From: Podarcis pityusensis
Lineage: Eukaryota
Strand: one strand, 5' to 3'
Assembly: GCA_964106645.2 (NCBI GenBank)
Contig: OZ067043.1
DNA: 64,000 nt
Shown: one piece after another, positions 14,101 to 27,290 of the stretch
Numbering within the stretch: the stretch's first letter is position 1
Layout: the number at the start of each line of letters is the position of its first letter
Program-made: the position numbers and the translations under genes
Notes under the pieces: model-generated
Databases searched by the model: none
Told to the model about the DNA's origin: nothing
Seen by the model: only the letters and a program-made list of their open reading frames with translations

Positions 14101-15435
14101 GATTGTTACTATCATATCTAAAGTGAATACTTTTTGAAGCAGCCATATATGATGAATAGGTATGCCAAGTTCTAGACATGAGGAAGATTTAAATTATATG
14201 ACCTTTCTGCACCCCCACCCCAGTCAGCCTTCCATATAATGTTTTAAAATCTGTTTACTGGCTCATATTTTTGTGGTATTCACATACGAAAGATACATAT
14301 GCTTTGTGATGATGGTATACAGAACCTGACTGTATATGGGCTTGCAAACAAAGGCTTAAACGTGTACCACATTATGTGCCTACACAGATGATGTGCTTGG
14401 CACCCTCAACATAGTCGTGTGCTATTCAGCAATTAAGGAAAGGTGGTGTGTTCTTTTTCCCTTATGGCAGAAACTGCTAGGGATGTTTTGATATTTTAGT
14501 TAATTGGAGGGTAATTGCTGACCAGCCAACTGGCATTTCCAATATTGGAGCATGTAGTGCTGCATTCATTAATGGAACACACTGTTCAGTTGCTAACCAT
14601 AGGACTTTAGATTCATTTGTGACTAGTTCCACCACTCCTTCTAAAGTGAAAGAAGATCCCCTCAGGGGGGAGTATTGAATCACTTCCCAGTATTTCGGTA
14701 TTGTCAACATGAGCTTAGTGTAGAATTGTTAGCTTGTGGGAGAAAAGGACTTGATTACAACTACTTTCTCCTCTGCCACCTAAATCCAAATTACATGACT
14801 ATCCTAATATGGGCCCTGAACAAACAAGATTCCAAGGAAGGATGGCAGAGAGCCTACTGGCAGCTTACTCCTTTCAACAGAATGACCAACGTAGACTAAT
14901 TCTATGGCTGGACTTTCCAACATCTTATGGTGTCATCAAATGAGAACTGCAAACAACTAATAGGGGTACCAGAACTGCAGTACCAATTATGGCAAGGTGG
15001 GGAGTTTGCTAAACCTGTATGCATATGCCCCCATCTAGGGTCTGCCTGCACACTGTAAGGAATTGGCAGTCATTTTCTATTGAACTCCTCTTGCAACTGA
15101 TGGAAGCAAGTTGGAACCTATATTACACACATCAAATTCTAATGCTAAACCAAATTTCATTGGGAAGGAGCAGATTTCCCTACCCAAATGCAACTTGATG
15201 AGCAAGTCTAAACTTCATATCCCATCGGTAAACCTACAATGAATGGGCAGAACAGGTTTCTCTTAGCCTCCTTTGCCTGCCTTCTTGTTGCCTTACCTAA
15301 TTTACAGGACATCTAAACATAACTTGGGTGTCCCATTTTTCCAGTGAGCATGTGCTTATCAACAAATTGCAGTATGGGCTAATCTGGTCATGCTGCTTTA
15401 GTATATATGCAACTATGTTTTTCTTTTGAAAAGTA

Positions 15436-15733
15436 CAGTGGTGCCTCGCAAGACGAAATTAATCCGTTCCGCGAGTCTCTTCGTCTTGCGGTTTTTTCGT
15501 CTTGCGAAGCACGGCTATTGGCGGCTATTAGCGGCTTAGTGGCTATTAATGGCTATTAACGGCTTAGCGGCTTTAACAAAAAGGAAACAAACTCGCAAGA
15601 ACTCGCAAGACATTTCGTCTTGCGAAGCAAGCCCATAGGGAAATTCGTCTTGCGGAATGACTCAAAAAACGTAAAACTCTTTCGTCTAGCGAGTTTTTCG
15701 TCTTGCGAGGCATTCGTCTTGCGGGGCACCACT
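15436..15733. mobile_element. Tigger-like MITE with iterated TTCGTCTTGCG motifs
   Basis: TA|CAGTGGTGCCTCGCAAGACG...CGTCTTGCGGGGCACCACT; internal GGCTATTA repeats; CpG-rich. Confidence 0.85.
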
Positions 15734-16694
15734 ACTGGCAGGCAGACAAACTCCATGCCTGGGGGGAGGGTGTAAAATAAACCAGTGTTGTGTAATTGGC
15801 ACTTAAAGGAGTGTGGTCTAAACTGACTTAAATAAGATAATGGTACTGGAAAGAAGGTTAGTAGGAGGTAACTGACACACATATAGAACCGGGGGGGGGG
15901 GGAGGAACCTCTTGCCATGACCATTTGTGATCCTGGCTGGGGCTGATGGGAGTTCGGAAAAGCCATATTTGTATGATCACAAGTTCCGCAGCACAGTATA
16001 GAAAGAGACCAAACTTAGTACTAAGGAATCAACAACATACAGAGATTTTTTCAAAAACCAAAACAAGAATGACAAAGCTGATTTAAAAATATTAAATGGC
16101 ATATTTAAATCGGTTATTTTTTTATCTAATGTGCTATTGATTTCTGCATCTTAATGTTTGTTGAATTGAAATAGTGAGAATTAACCCTGTGCATAGGCAT
16201 TCCTGTAAGCTTCAACCCTCTAAATACCCTATGCTCTGGCAAGTAGGCAGACCTCTCTTACCTATGTATTTTATGTATATAACAGGTGCTACTAATTATT
16301 TTTACTGCATAATCAAGCCATATATTTTGATAAGCTGTATAAAACTACTGCGACCTTTAAGATTCCCATCCAGCTGCAATCTTCAGTATTACGCCAAAAG
16401 CTAGCTACTGCCTACAGAACTGATGGTGGTGAGTGCATGCCTTGTGCAATAGCTGTGAGTAGAATGCAGTCACTTCCCTTTCCTGTTTGACTGTAGAAAT
16501 TCTGTGCATTTCCTACCACCACCACATTCCTGAATAATATACATGCATGAGCTGTTAGTGGTTTTCTGGTTGAGCTGTAATACTATACATTTGCTTTCTT
16601 TGGGGAAAGTTGAACAAAACAGTAAAAAAACAAAACAGGAAAGTACTTCCTGCCTTTCTAGGGGGGAAAAAGTTTAAGCTCAAATGTTCTAGAC

Positions 16695-16831
16695 TAGGTG
16701 TGGGAAACGTTTGACCCTCTAGACATTGCTGAACTACAAATCGGATAAACTCCAGCAAGCACAGCCAGTGGCCAAAGATGATGGGAGTTGTAGTTCAGCA
16801 ACATCTGGAGAACCAAAGGTTCTGACACCTG
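16695..16831. mobile_element. hAT MITE (palindromic)
   Basis: TIR (t/c)AGGTGT, internal ttgctgaactacaa/ttgtagttcagcaa inverted pair, TSD ttctagac/gtctagac. Confidence 0.78.
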
Positions 16832-19800
16832 GTCTAGACAGTGAGCTGTTTTTATGAGGGATTCTGCTATGTCGGAATACCATCACACAGATCTGAACAA
16901 ATGCAGGTCACTAAATGGCACTGCAAATGAATGCTGTGTCCAAGACGGCTTAAACTCTCCCCTTTGATTTTATGCAGGCTCTCTTTGCTTGAGAACTGCA
17001 TTTACAGCCACAATGTGATGGCTTTCAGTTTTAGGTGAAATAGAATTCTGCCTTTTATATCAGCTAATTAAAGTTACTGGTCACTTCCCCCTAGGCTATA
17101 CCTTCAGCTGCATCAGTGCTTTTTACAGCAAATGACACATACAAAGATAGACTACTCAAGATGAGCCTAGTTTTTGACTATATTCATGCAATCATGGCCA
17201 TGTGTAGGTTGCTGAGGCTAGACCCATGAAAAGTTGGCAAGAATTCCCTGACTCCCAAGTCGTACCGTTTGTCAATTAACTCCATTTCCCCTCAGATGGA
17301 TGTTTAACAGATGCACAAACAATTTTGATTTCCTATATGAGGGTGGTCCAACATGCAGCCCGGGGGTTGCATGCACCCCTCAAGGCCATTTTCGACAGCC
17401 TTTGGCAGTGTTCAGGACCTCTTAAAGTGGCTCAAGTAGCTGGCTTTTTTTCCCTTGTTGCTGTGAGGCACACAAGAAAACAAACGGCAAAGGCGCTTGT
17501 CTCTCTCATCCCCTTCAAGGCCAAACGGGCCAGCCCTCCCCCGCTGCATCCTCTAACCTTGCCCAGGATTGCTCTGTGTATATATAAGAGACAATAAAAT
17601 AATGTATTAACAGGAGAGAAGTATTTTCCACCCACTGATAATGAACAACTGGATACCTCCACATATTTGCTTAACTCTTGCACTGCATTTTGACCACACA
17701 TGGAGTTACAATCCTATTTTGCAGATCATAGCCTAGCACACTGATTCAGCGCATACTAACTCGGGAGTAGGTCCCATTATGCTTATACTTAAATATACTA
17801 ATGGTGTATATTAAATAATATTAGCTATATTGCAAATACTTAAGTAACAATATAAAAATTTGATTCACTCTGGAGCCTCTGGTTTCTGCGTCAAAGTACT
17901 CTTGCCACACACTTTGGGAGGTTGGACCACTCTGTCTCAGATTATGAACCAGAGTAATCTGTGCAGGCTTGTGGAGTGGAATGTGAATTGTACAGTTAGT
18001 AGAAGTGATTGTCTAGATTTGTGTTAGTCTGGTGTAATAGCCTTCTATATTAAGATCCGCTACAATTTGAATCTAAGAAAATTTTATTTGGGTTGGTGGC
18101 TATGGTCAGTCCTGCACTCCTTCCTACTGCTCAGTTCAGTAAACTCCACAGCAGACCCTGCTTGGTATAATGTGCACCTGAATGACATTTTTTCATACTT
18201 TCGACTTGATTTGTGGCATACTTGCCCAAAAGAATGGTCACCACTTAGTATTCAACTTACGAAGACCACTAAAACCATGTGTCAGTAGAAGTGATTTTAC
18301 AAAAGCAGCTGCAAGTAACAGTTATTGGAATTTGTGAATATAATTCCCTTAATTCTGCATACGGTGATCGCCAGCCTTTGAGCATTTGCAGGCAAACACT
18401 GTAAACTACTTTGCCCCAAAATGTCTGGATGGAGCTGTTTAGTTGGTATGAAGATGTGGACACTGGCTAGGATAGGATGGAGTCCTCCTTACAGTAGCAG
18501 CTAGCCGTGTCTCCAGGTAGCTGCTTAGTCGGGCACTTGGGGAGCTACCAATACGACTGTCATGCAGCTACTGTGCTATCGCTGTTGATCTTCCCTCTTC
18601 ACCTTCAAGGCCTCAAAGCTTCCTGCCCACAAACAACAGATCAGGGCTGACATCTGTTGCAGCCGTTCTCTCTGCGCATTTGCCCTGGACTGCAGCTCTG
18701 CAATTATACTTGTTTTCAAAACCCCCAGCCCTCATTTCACGAATGGGAACACAACAAGCCTGCAGGCAATTTGAGACCCCATCTGTTCTGAAGTGTTTTT
18801 CTCTTGTGTCGTGCCTGAGGATACAGCTTGTTTGTTTTTCTCTGTCCCGCTCTTATCCTCCAAGACACAAAATATGTACGTTGCTGTGGCAATGCACAAG
18901 TATGGGCAGTAACAGGAGAAAAGAAGGCAGAAAAATCAGGCCAAGTACACATATTGGGATTTTATGTTTGGCTATCTATAGTCTGCTCTCGAATCAGGTA
19001 TCCTTTCTCAGTATTTGCTCATCTGTTGCTCTTGGGTTCTTAGGCGATTTTATCTCCCTAAAGGTGGATCCCTGCCTCCAGTAGTGTTTTTCTTGCCCTT
19101 TCCTTATATGGGGCTTTCAGTGGTCTCCTAGTCAAGAGACTAAAAAGGTCTACATCATCTTTACTTCAGCAATTCTGCACCAGGCGATTCCAGACCACAC
19201 ACTTCAGCCCTCATTCTTAAAATGCAGTATTTGAGTTACTTTCATGGGAAGGGTTTGATACTACATAAAAACACAGTAAAACTAGTATGGGCCCTTGTAT
19301 TCATAGATTGCTGGAATTTCTCAACACATCTTGACAGGCTGGGTGGGTGGTTTTTTATGATGAAATACATGTGCTTCAGAATTGTTAATGCCAAATAACC
19401 CCCGGGACCTTATGAAGAAGGGCAGGCAAGAAATTGAATTAATACCTTACTTTGTATGCATAAGCAGGGAAGCCCATAGTGTGTTGTCACTCTGTGGCTG
19501 CTGTAAATTCCTCACAACTCTTCCACCCGTCACAGCTGGCATGGTCAGTTACCTGGAGGTTAAAATGAAAGAGTGAGAAGCCCATGATGAAAAACTAGGT
19601 TCTTAGTTACTTCAACTCCCAGTTGCTTTGGTAGATTTGTTTATGCTACAGCTGAAGAAAACAGAAAGCTTGCTACTGTGCGACAAATGCCTCCTGTTGT
19701 GTCTAATCATTTACATAGTGGCTTTTGCAGATATGCCAGTATTTTTCAGGCTGTCAGTGTTCAACTGCTAAAATGGAAAAAATAAGAAGAGGTTAGATCC

Positions 19801-20074
19801 TGTTAACTTTTCAAATGTAAAACCAACAACTTAAACTAAATGCAAGTTTCAGTAGGAAAAAAATTAAGTCTTAATCCTGCATTTCCTGAGAGAACTTACT
19901 GCAGCCCTTGGGAGACTCTGTGTCTCTTCTATAGAGAACATTCGTTACACAAAAAGAGCATCTCGGGATATTTGTTTATAAGAAGGCAAGCTCAAAAGCA
20001 ATTCCTGAAGGTGATCTATTTTTCCTATACTGTATATGGTATATCTAACATTTTCTGTATATGTTTTATAATTT

Positions 20075-20224
20075 GGAATCACAGAGCTGCAGAGTTGGAA
20101 GGGACCTCAAGGGTCATCTAGTCCAACCCCCAGTAGTGCAGGAATCCTGATCATAGCTGTCCCTTGGTTGGCTCAAACCACCAACCTTCTGGTTAACAGT
20201 CAGACACACTGAGCCATTGTGCCA
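20075..20224 (-). mobile_element. SINE with tRNA-Asn-derived head and CR1-type tail
   Basis: Reverse complement: tggcacaatggctcagtgtgtctgactgttaaccagaaggttggtggtttgagccaaccaaggga (tRNA-Asn-GTT-like), then ggattcctgcac...ggttggactagatgacccttgaggtcccttccaactct. Confidence 0.75.
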
Positions 20225-21284
20225 TTCTTCAAACCAGTTTGTGCGTAAGAGCAGAGATATGTTTCAATGAGACCCTATGCCAAACACCCACTTCTCCCAC
20301 ACTAGACATCAGAGGTGTCTAGTTTATATGCCACTTTCCCACGGTAAACTGTCCAAAGTGGCTGCCACTGTTACTCAATTATAAAAAGGCAAAACATTTT
20401 TTGCCAAGGGTGCATTGTCTACATGATTTAAGGTGTATCAACAATAAGGTACAGAAACGTGATTTAAAAATAAGAGCTGGGCTTTTCAGAATGCTGCAGT
20501 TTATATTCTGAGCTTATCCAGAATTTGCAAGTACATAGAGTCCTGTGTTTGCTCTATGCTATTACCAGATTCTAATTTATTGCAAAAACGAGTGATGATA
20601 AAAAGCAGAGTGATCAGATTCCTCAAAGGAATCCTTGTGGAGGAGCATCCCTGGGGATAAGGTGAATACTTAGTGATTTGTGTAGATTAGGAAAAGAGAC
20701 TACTAGGAGTTCCAACGGGGCAGCTACAATTGGCTTTGAAGCATGGAGGGGACAGGGATTTGGGAAGAGCAAATTATATACAAGTACCAAAAGGAAAACT
20801 TGAGTAACTGGGATGAACACATCAGATACTGCATCTCCAATCTTACGAAGCCTAATTGCAATGAGTGAACAAGTTATCTGTTTCTGAATCTATTTGTGTG
20901 CTAAATCAAAAATATTTGCGAAACTAAACTTTAATATGTGTAAAAAGTCAACATTATAGTATAATGAAGTACACATTTTTATTATCTCCATATGAAACGT
21001 AACTTGCAAGTTTTGAAACTCTAAATTAAAATTATTTAAATGCTAAAGATTTGACTTTTAACTTGGAACCATAGGCGTTAGAATTTGTCTTTCTAGCAAC
21101 CTGGTTTTATTGGACCACTGTTCTGCCATGTGGGTATTTAGTATGGGATGCCATGGTCAGAGTGCTAACTCAGTGTCAAAGGTTTGTGCTGTGCTGCTGC
21201 CACAAGCTGACCTTGGAACAAACATAGTTGTGTGTGTAACTCTATGGGTTGTATCCAATTGGTGTCCTTACACAAAAGCTTTTA

Positions 21285-21509
21285 CAGTGGTACCTCAGGT
21301 TAAGTACTTAATTCGTTCCGGAGGTCTGTACTTAACCTGAAACTGTTTTTAACCTGAAGACCTCTTTAGCTAATGGGGCCTCCTGCTGCCGCCGCACCGC
21401 CAGAGCATGATTTCTGTTCTCATCCTGAAGCAAAGTTCTTAACCTGAAGCACTATTTCTGGGTTAGCGGAGTCTGTAACCTGAAGCGTATGTAACCTGAG
21501 GTACCACTG
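21285..21509. mobile_element. Tigger-like MITE
   Basis: TA TSD, CAGTGGTACCTC TIRs. Confidence 0.9.
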
Positions 21510-23237
21510 TACTGCTAAAGAAAGGCAAGGTAACAATCTTAGATTACAAAACATTTCTGTGGTTAAATATTCCTTTCTGAAAAGCGAGTTCTGTATAATT
21601 TTTATATAAACATAGTATAAACATCAAGATTATTGTGCTTATCTCCTATTGCTCTTGAACCTCTGTAAAGAACTATTTATAGTAAAGGCGTAGTATTCTC
21701 TTCAACAGGAGTATTTATGCACTTATTTCAACTAAACCACATGAAATAGCCTAATCACAAATGCAAACATTAGTGGCTCTTCATTTCAGGTCTTTTCCAA
21801 TCTGGCAATAAGTGCCATGCCATTCACAATGCTATCATACATATAGATACGCCGACTCGATCGAGTGGACAGAACACTAGCTCACCATGAGTATTTTGAA
21901 TTATCTGATGTGGTTGGACTCTGATCCCATCCAGTATGCTAAACATTAATGAATGCAAAGTTGTACTCCTACTGTAGTAGTTTACATGAACTCATTTGCT
22001 CAAGATAGCAGCACTTTGCAGAGATTTTTAGCAAGTATGGTTTTCAGCTACCAAAATTACGGCCTATATTTTAAGATGCTGCTTTAAAAATGATGACTGA
22101 AAACTGCATAATAACAAGCAGTTCACACTACATTCCTTCTGTTAACGAGTGTTATACTGTTCCTCATTCCAGCCATTGTCCAGATCTATTCAATTGTTAA
22201 TAGAGGTTATTTTTCTTTTGAATGTGAGTTATTTCACATGTGCATCTATATATCTAGATACCTTAGTTTCTATAATTTAAATAGAACCTTGCAATTTCAT
22301 TTTAAGGCAAGTGTTTGTTTTCGAGGGAGGCACTTATTTACAGAAAACACTTGTGAATATCATAATATGCTACAATCCTTCAAGTTTCTTACTGAGCATG
22401 TGTTGAAATGCTAGGAAAGTTGTGGTCGATTGTGACCACACATATACAGGTAAGAATGAAAGCTGATGTTACGATGCAAGAATTCGCATGATGTTACAAG
22501 CAGAATTCTAAAGTGTTTCCGGTGAAATGATGCTGCGGAGAGATGCAATAAAATCATCTTTGTTTAGTCAGATGCTATTCTAACAAATGCTCTTCTGAAA
22601 CGTTCAGCTTAAGTATTTGGTTTGATGTGTTGTGACCATTACTTCACACTGATAATTCAACATATCTGATACAAGCATAATAAATGTTAGAATTGTTTGC
22701 ATGATTTAGAAAGTGAATATTCTTTCTTTTCCTTTAAAAAAACAGCTTGTATGCCTGAGCCTTATACTTGCTGTTTTGTATATGTGTTAGCTCATGTGTG
22801 CAATCTTTGAAGATGGGTCTACTTTTGTTTTAAAAGTGTGAAAAACACGTATTCGAAATAGCTTTCTTTTTGATATGTTTTCTCTCCTTAAGAGATTGTA
22901 CCTTTCCTGTTGGTAAACTTTGGGCATGATTCATTTGCATCATGGGCACAGCCCATCTCTCCCTGTGTCTTGCAAGTTTATTGTGTCAAATCAATTTGTA
23001 CAAAAATAAGGCACCTTCTTCATAAAACCAATATAAGTTTCTATCACTTCTATAAGATAGCTTTAAACAACAAATATTGTTTGTCCATAATCTAGCCTAA
23101 ATTGATCTTCTTTAATCTCTTTATTTTCATTAAAAGAATTACGCACATGTTTGGCTTACTGGATCATGTCTCTTGTTGAATCTTTGCAGGACTTGTTGAA
23201 AAAAATATAATTTATTGTGTTTTGTTCCTGTTAACAG

Positions 23238-23718
23238 CACAGAAAGAGGAACGTAAGAATGAGGATAAGCCAGCTGAATCTTCAGTAGCATCAAAGAAAA
23301 TGGTTGTGTCAACTACTGCAGCGTCTCAACCCACTTCTGCAGTGTCTACCCAAAGCAGAAATCTGCCCTTAAAGAAACCTTCTACATTTACTAGTTCTAA
23401 GCATCCAATTAAATACTCTGCTGCAGGTTTCAAAGGGGTGATACCTAAGAAATCCTCACTTTCAACTGGTCCACCTACATCAAGCAATGTGCCATCATCA
23501 AAGCCTTCACCTTTGTCCTATGGTACACCCTCAGTTTATAAAAAAACAATTTCCTCTTCAAGCATTGGTGGAGGACTCAGGAAGCCCATGGTGTCCTCTG
23601 CTTCTTCAACAACTTCCTCAGCTACACAAGCAAAATCTGCAAGTGCTAGTCAATCACAGCCTAACTCTCAAATTCGCCAAAATATACGGAGATCTCTTAA
23701 GGAGATATTGTGGAAAAG
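23238..23718 (+). CDS. DIDO1: DIDO1 coding exon (Ser/Lys-rich linker, start of TFIIS-M)
   Basis: ttaacag|CA completes a Ser codon with T5793; ends QPNSQIRQNIRRSLKEILWKR, AG|gtaggc. Confidence 0.94.
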
Positions 23719-24301
23719 GTAGGCACCAAGTGTACTTGCTCTGTGCAAATAATCTGTATAGTTTAGGATAATCATTAGTTGTAATGCTGCGTGAACAGTG
23801 ATATTCATTTCTTCTCACCTTTCATAGCACTTTAGATAATGTATCTGAAATAAGTTTAGTGCTAAAATATTTGTGAATATTTTTGACTGAGCAGGAAATA
23901 CCTTAGTCAGTAAATGTCAACATTTCTTAAAGTTTTTAAACAAAAATAGAAGGCCCCAAAGGCAATCTTACTTTCTTGAAAACTAGATTTTTAAAAAAAA
24001 CATGGTTTCACAAAACAGATAAGCACTGTCCAATATAAATGCATGTGCTTATCACCAGTTTTCCCAAACTATCATTAGTACTTTAAGCAGCAGAACAATC
24101 CTCCTGAGTACATGATATTCAGAGGATGTTGCAGCAGTGGATAGTGGGAATCAAAGAAGGAAAATGCATCCTTGGATTAAATAGGCCATTTTTGAGACTT
24201 AAGTCATAGAAGATTCTTCCTGCATATAGGTAGATCAAGCTACTTAGCAGTACTGTCATTTTTGACTCCCTTTTCTTTCTTTCCTAACTTTCTTTTGGCA
24301 G

Positions 24302-24461
24302 AGTAAATGATAGTGATGATCTGGCTATGACAGAGAGTGAGGTGGGAAAGATTGCACTGAACATTGAAAAGGAGATGTTTAATTTATTCCAGGCTACAGA
24401 CAATCGGTATAAGAGTAAATATCGCAGCATTATGTTCAATCTGAAAGACCCTAAAAATCAG
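24302..24461 (+). CDS. DIDO1: DIDO1 coding exon, TFIIS-M domain
   Basis: VNDSDDLAMTESEVGKIALNIEKEMFNLFQATDNRYKSKYRSIMFNLKDPKNQ; ag/gt boundaries in phase. Confidence 0.96.
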
Positions 24462-25001
24462 GTTTGTATGAAAGCGAATGAATGACTTCTCAACAGCCTT
24501 TTTTTTTTTTAAGTGGACAGCCTTTGATTTGACTGCATCATTTATTTTATAGCTCTTTTTGTAAACTGCTTTGAGTTTTCTTTACAATCAAGAGGATTGT
24601 AAATTTTATTGGGGTGGGGAGCTTTGGAAGCATGAATGGCTAAAACTAACAAGCTTGGGGCTGTTTGGTTTAGAAAAGAGGCAAGGGAATATGATAGAGA
24701 TATATAAAATTCTGCATGTGGAGAAAATGCCTGTGGAACGCTCAATCCCATCTATTGTTTGTGCCCATTCCTGATACAGACATGCTTCAAATTATGTTAT
24801 AGAGTAGACTCTTAATGTTTTGCTAACCTGGCAATATTTTTTTAAAAAATCTATTTTAAATATTTCATTCTATTTACACTTAAGACCCTTTAGAAGGAAT
24901 TCATGAACTGGATGACAGCATTTACTTGCCTATTGGAAGATTCTCATTTACTAGTTGTGTAAGTAGTTACTGCTCACCTCGAATCACTCCTCTCTCTTTA
25001 G

Positions 25002-25118
25002 GGACTTTTCCATCGTGTTCTTAGGGAAGACCTTCCTTTGTCAAGGCTTGTAAGAATGAAGCCGGAAGAACTTGTATCCAAAGAGCTATCTACATGGAAA
25101 GAAAAGCCAGCCAAAGCA
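25002..25118 (+). CDS. DIDO1: DIDO1 coding exon, TFIIS-M domain
   Basis: GLFHRVLREDLPLSRLVRMKPEELVSKELSTWKEKPAKA; 117 nt, ttag|/|gtaagc. Confidence 0.95.
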
Positions 25119-25264
25119 GTAAGCAATAAAATTTTGTGGTGTTTATTATGTAAGGATGGTTGATGAGCAATTCCAGCTGATGTGGTAATTGACTACAGAT
25201 TAATGATTGAAGTCTAGTTCACTGACTTTGTGTGTGTATACAAATCACATTATTGTTTTCATAG

Positions 25265-25372
25265 GTAATGGCAGCTAGACGTAAATCTTTTGAAAACAAG
25301 AAATCTGCTGTAAAACAAGAACCCATCCCAGATGCTAATATGGAAGATTCCCCACCAGTGTCTGATTCAGAT
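25265..25372 (+). CDS. DIDO1: DIDO1 coding exon
   Basis: catag|GTA ATG...DSPPVSDSD|gtaagt; 108 nt. Confidence 0.92.
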
Positions 25373-25626
25373 GTAAGTATAAGCCACGTAAGGCACTGGT
25401 TTACAATTAATTATATAGACCATTTACCAAAATTTAGTTCTTTACATGAAGATATTGTATAATTTAAAATGTCATGTTTTAAGATCTCAAGTATAGTTTA
25501 TCTGCTTGCTTGCCTTTTTTTATTTTAGAGGGCACAATCCAGTAATGCTCTATAGCAGCTTACACACATGCTGCACAATTCCTGCAGTACTCTATACTTA
25601 TTCTGAGGTACATGTACACAGTATTG

Positions 25627-25670
<44 letters not shown>

Positions 25671-26320
25671 TAAATTTGTATACTGCCCTTCATCCAAAGA
25701 TCTCAGGGTGATTCACAGCATAAAATACAGAATAAAACCACAACGAACATGATGAAAACAAGAACAAACCAAACCAATAGCCCGCCCACCACTCTACACT
25801 GTAGTACACTGCCTATTACCTGGAATGTTGCTTTGGCATGGTTCCTATTGCAAAGAGACCAATGATAAACAGGCAACCCCTTATTTGTGCATGGCTGTGT
25901 TTTGGGTCATTGTGCATGAGAGCGGAGCACACATAAGCTTGTTCCCACCCCGTTTTCCTGCCACTTCTGGGTCACCACAATGCACACGTGTGTGAATGTC
26001 AATTGGTTGTTGCCCGTACATTAATTAATTTGCCCAAAATGGGGGACCAGCACACTTTCTGTTTCCCCACTTGGGTGCTGTCGAAATCTGTGGTGCCAGT
26101 AATGAATTTACGCAAACCTTATAAGGATCTCTTTCTGCATATGAGTTTGCACTTGTTGAAAGGTCAAGTTACGTTAGATTTTAGTAGTATCAATTGCTTT
26201 ATTTTTTGGAGCTGTGGATGTTTGGTTTAAAATCTGTGCATATCTACAGGAATTTGCATGTGTATAGTTGAAATGAGCCTGATACCAGCAAATCATACCA
26301 TTGCCTCAATTCCCTTTTAG

Positions 26321-26456
26321 GAGCAGCAAGAGGCAGATCGAGCAGCTCCTGAGAAAAGCAGCGCTCCAATTCTTGATGTTTTCAGCAGTATGTTACAGGA
26401 CACAACAAGTCAACACCGAGCCCATCTTTTTGACCTGAACTGCAAAATCTGTACAG
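26321..26456 (+). CDS. DIDO1: DIDO1 coding exon
   Basis: EQQEADRAAPEKSSAPILDVFSSMLQDTTSQHRAHLFDLNCKICT; conserved HLFDLNCKIC motif; cttttag|/|gtatgc. Confidence 0.95.
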
Positions 26457-26743
26457 GTATGCACATGGATTACCAAGGCTCTGTGAACACCCACGTGGTA
26501 GAAATGCAAAGCAGAAATTTAAATTACCATATCAATTTTGTTCTGGGTAAACCCAAATCTGGCTGAAGCCTCAATTATACAAATGGCCAGACTTTCTTCT
26601 TGCAGTAAAATAAACTTTTTGCTTCTATAAAACAGCAACAAGCAAGAAGTGATTTCCCTGTCTCCAAGGGAAATATAGCACCATGTCCATGAAATGACAC
26701 AGACTCACAATGTTACATGTTACGTTTTTTTTTTACCATTTAG

Positions 26744-27290
26744 GTCAGATGTCAGCATCTGATGAAGAACCAGCTTCAAAGAAACTAAAATCGTCCTCTG
26801 TTAAGAAGGCGGAACCAAAGCCAGAAATGAAGTCAAAATTTGAAAGCTCGACACCAACAGATGAAGTGGAGGCTGCAAAAGAAGAGGAAATGGAGACTGC
26901 TGCAGAACCTGTTGTTGAATCTGTAGCTGAAGTAGTTCCTCAGCCAAGCATAGAAAAAGCTTACATTCCTTTAACACAAGGACAAAGCAATCCATTATCT
27001 TCTCTACCCAATGAGAGCTCTCTCTATCCCACATCTTATGCTGGCGGTGTTATCACTACTGTGACAGTCTCTGGGAAGGATCCCAGAACAGCCATGAGCA
27101 CTTTGTCAACCTCTGCTTCTACTGTGACTTCTGCATTGCATCCCAACCCGGCATCTGACAAAGGTTCTGTAGGGGAAAGTAAACCGGAAATATCCAGAAA
27201 TACTGTAGCAGCTCCAAAATCAATATTAACGAAGCCATCATCATCATCGGACCCAAGATACTTGGCAGCTCAATCATCCCTAAATGTTAG
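26744..27290 (+). CDS. DIDO1: DIDO1 coding exon (low-complexity linker)
   Basis: ORF 26710-27324; ITTVTVSGKDPRTA and PKSILTKPSSSSDPRYL motifs; phases match flanking exons. Confidence 0.92.

Noticed and set aside
15436-15733. CRISPR-like or iteron-like array of TTCGTCTTGCG repeats
   Set aside because: Irregular spacing inside a TIR-bounded MITE in eukaryotic DNA; these are subterminal transposase-binding-type repeats
20160-20224. tRNA-Asn gene
   Set aside because: Truncated, mutated and fused to a CR1 tail, so it is a SINE head rather than a functional tRNA
22514-22602. Possible C/D snoRNA (ATGATG...CTGA with gtttc/gaaac ends)
   Set aside because: The C box is imperfect (ATGATGC), the stem is mis-spaced and no rRNA guide is recognisable
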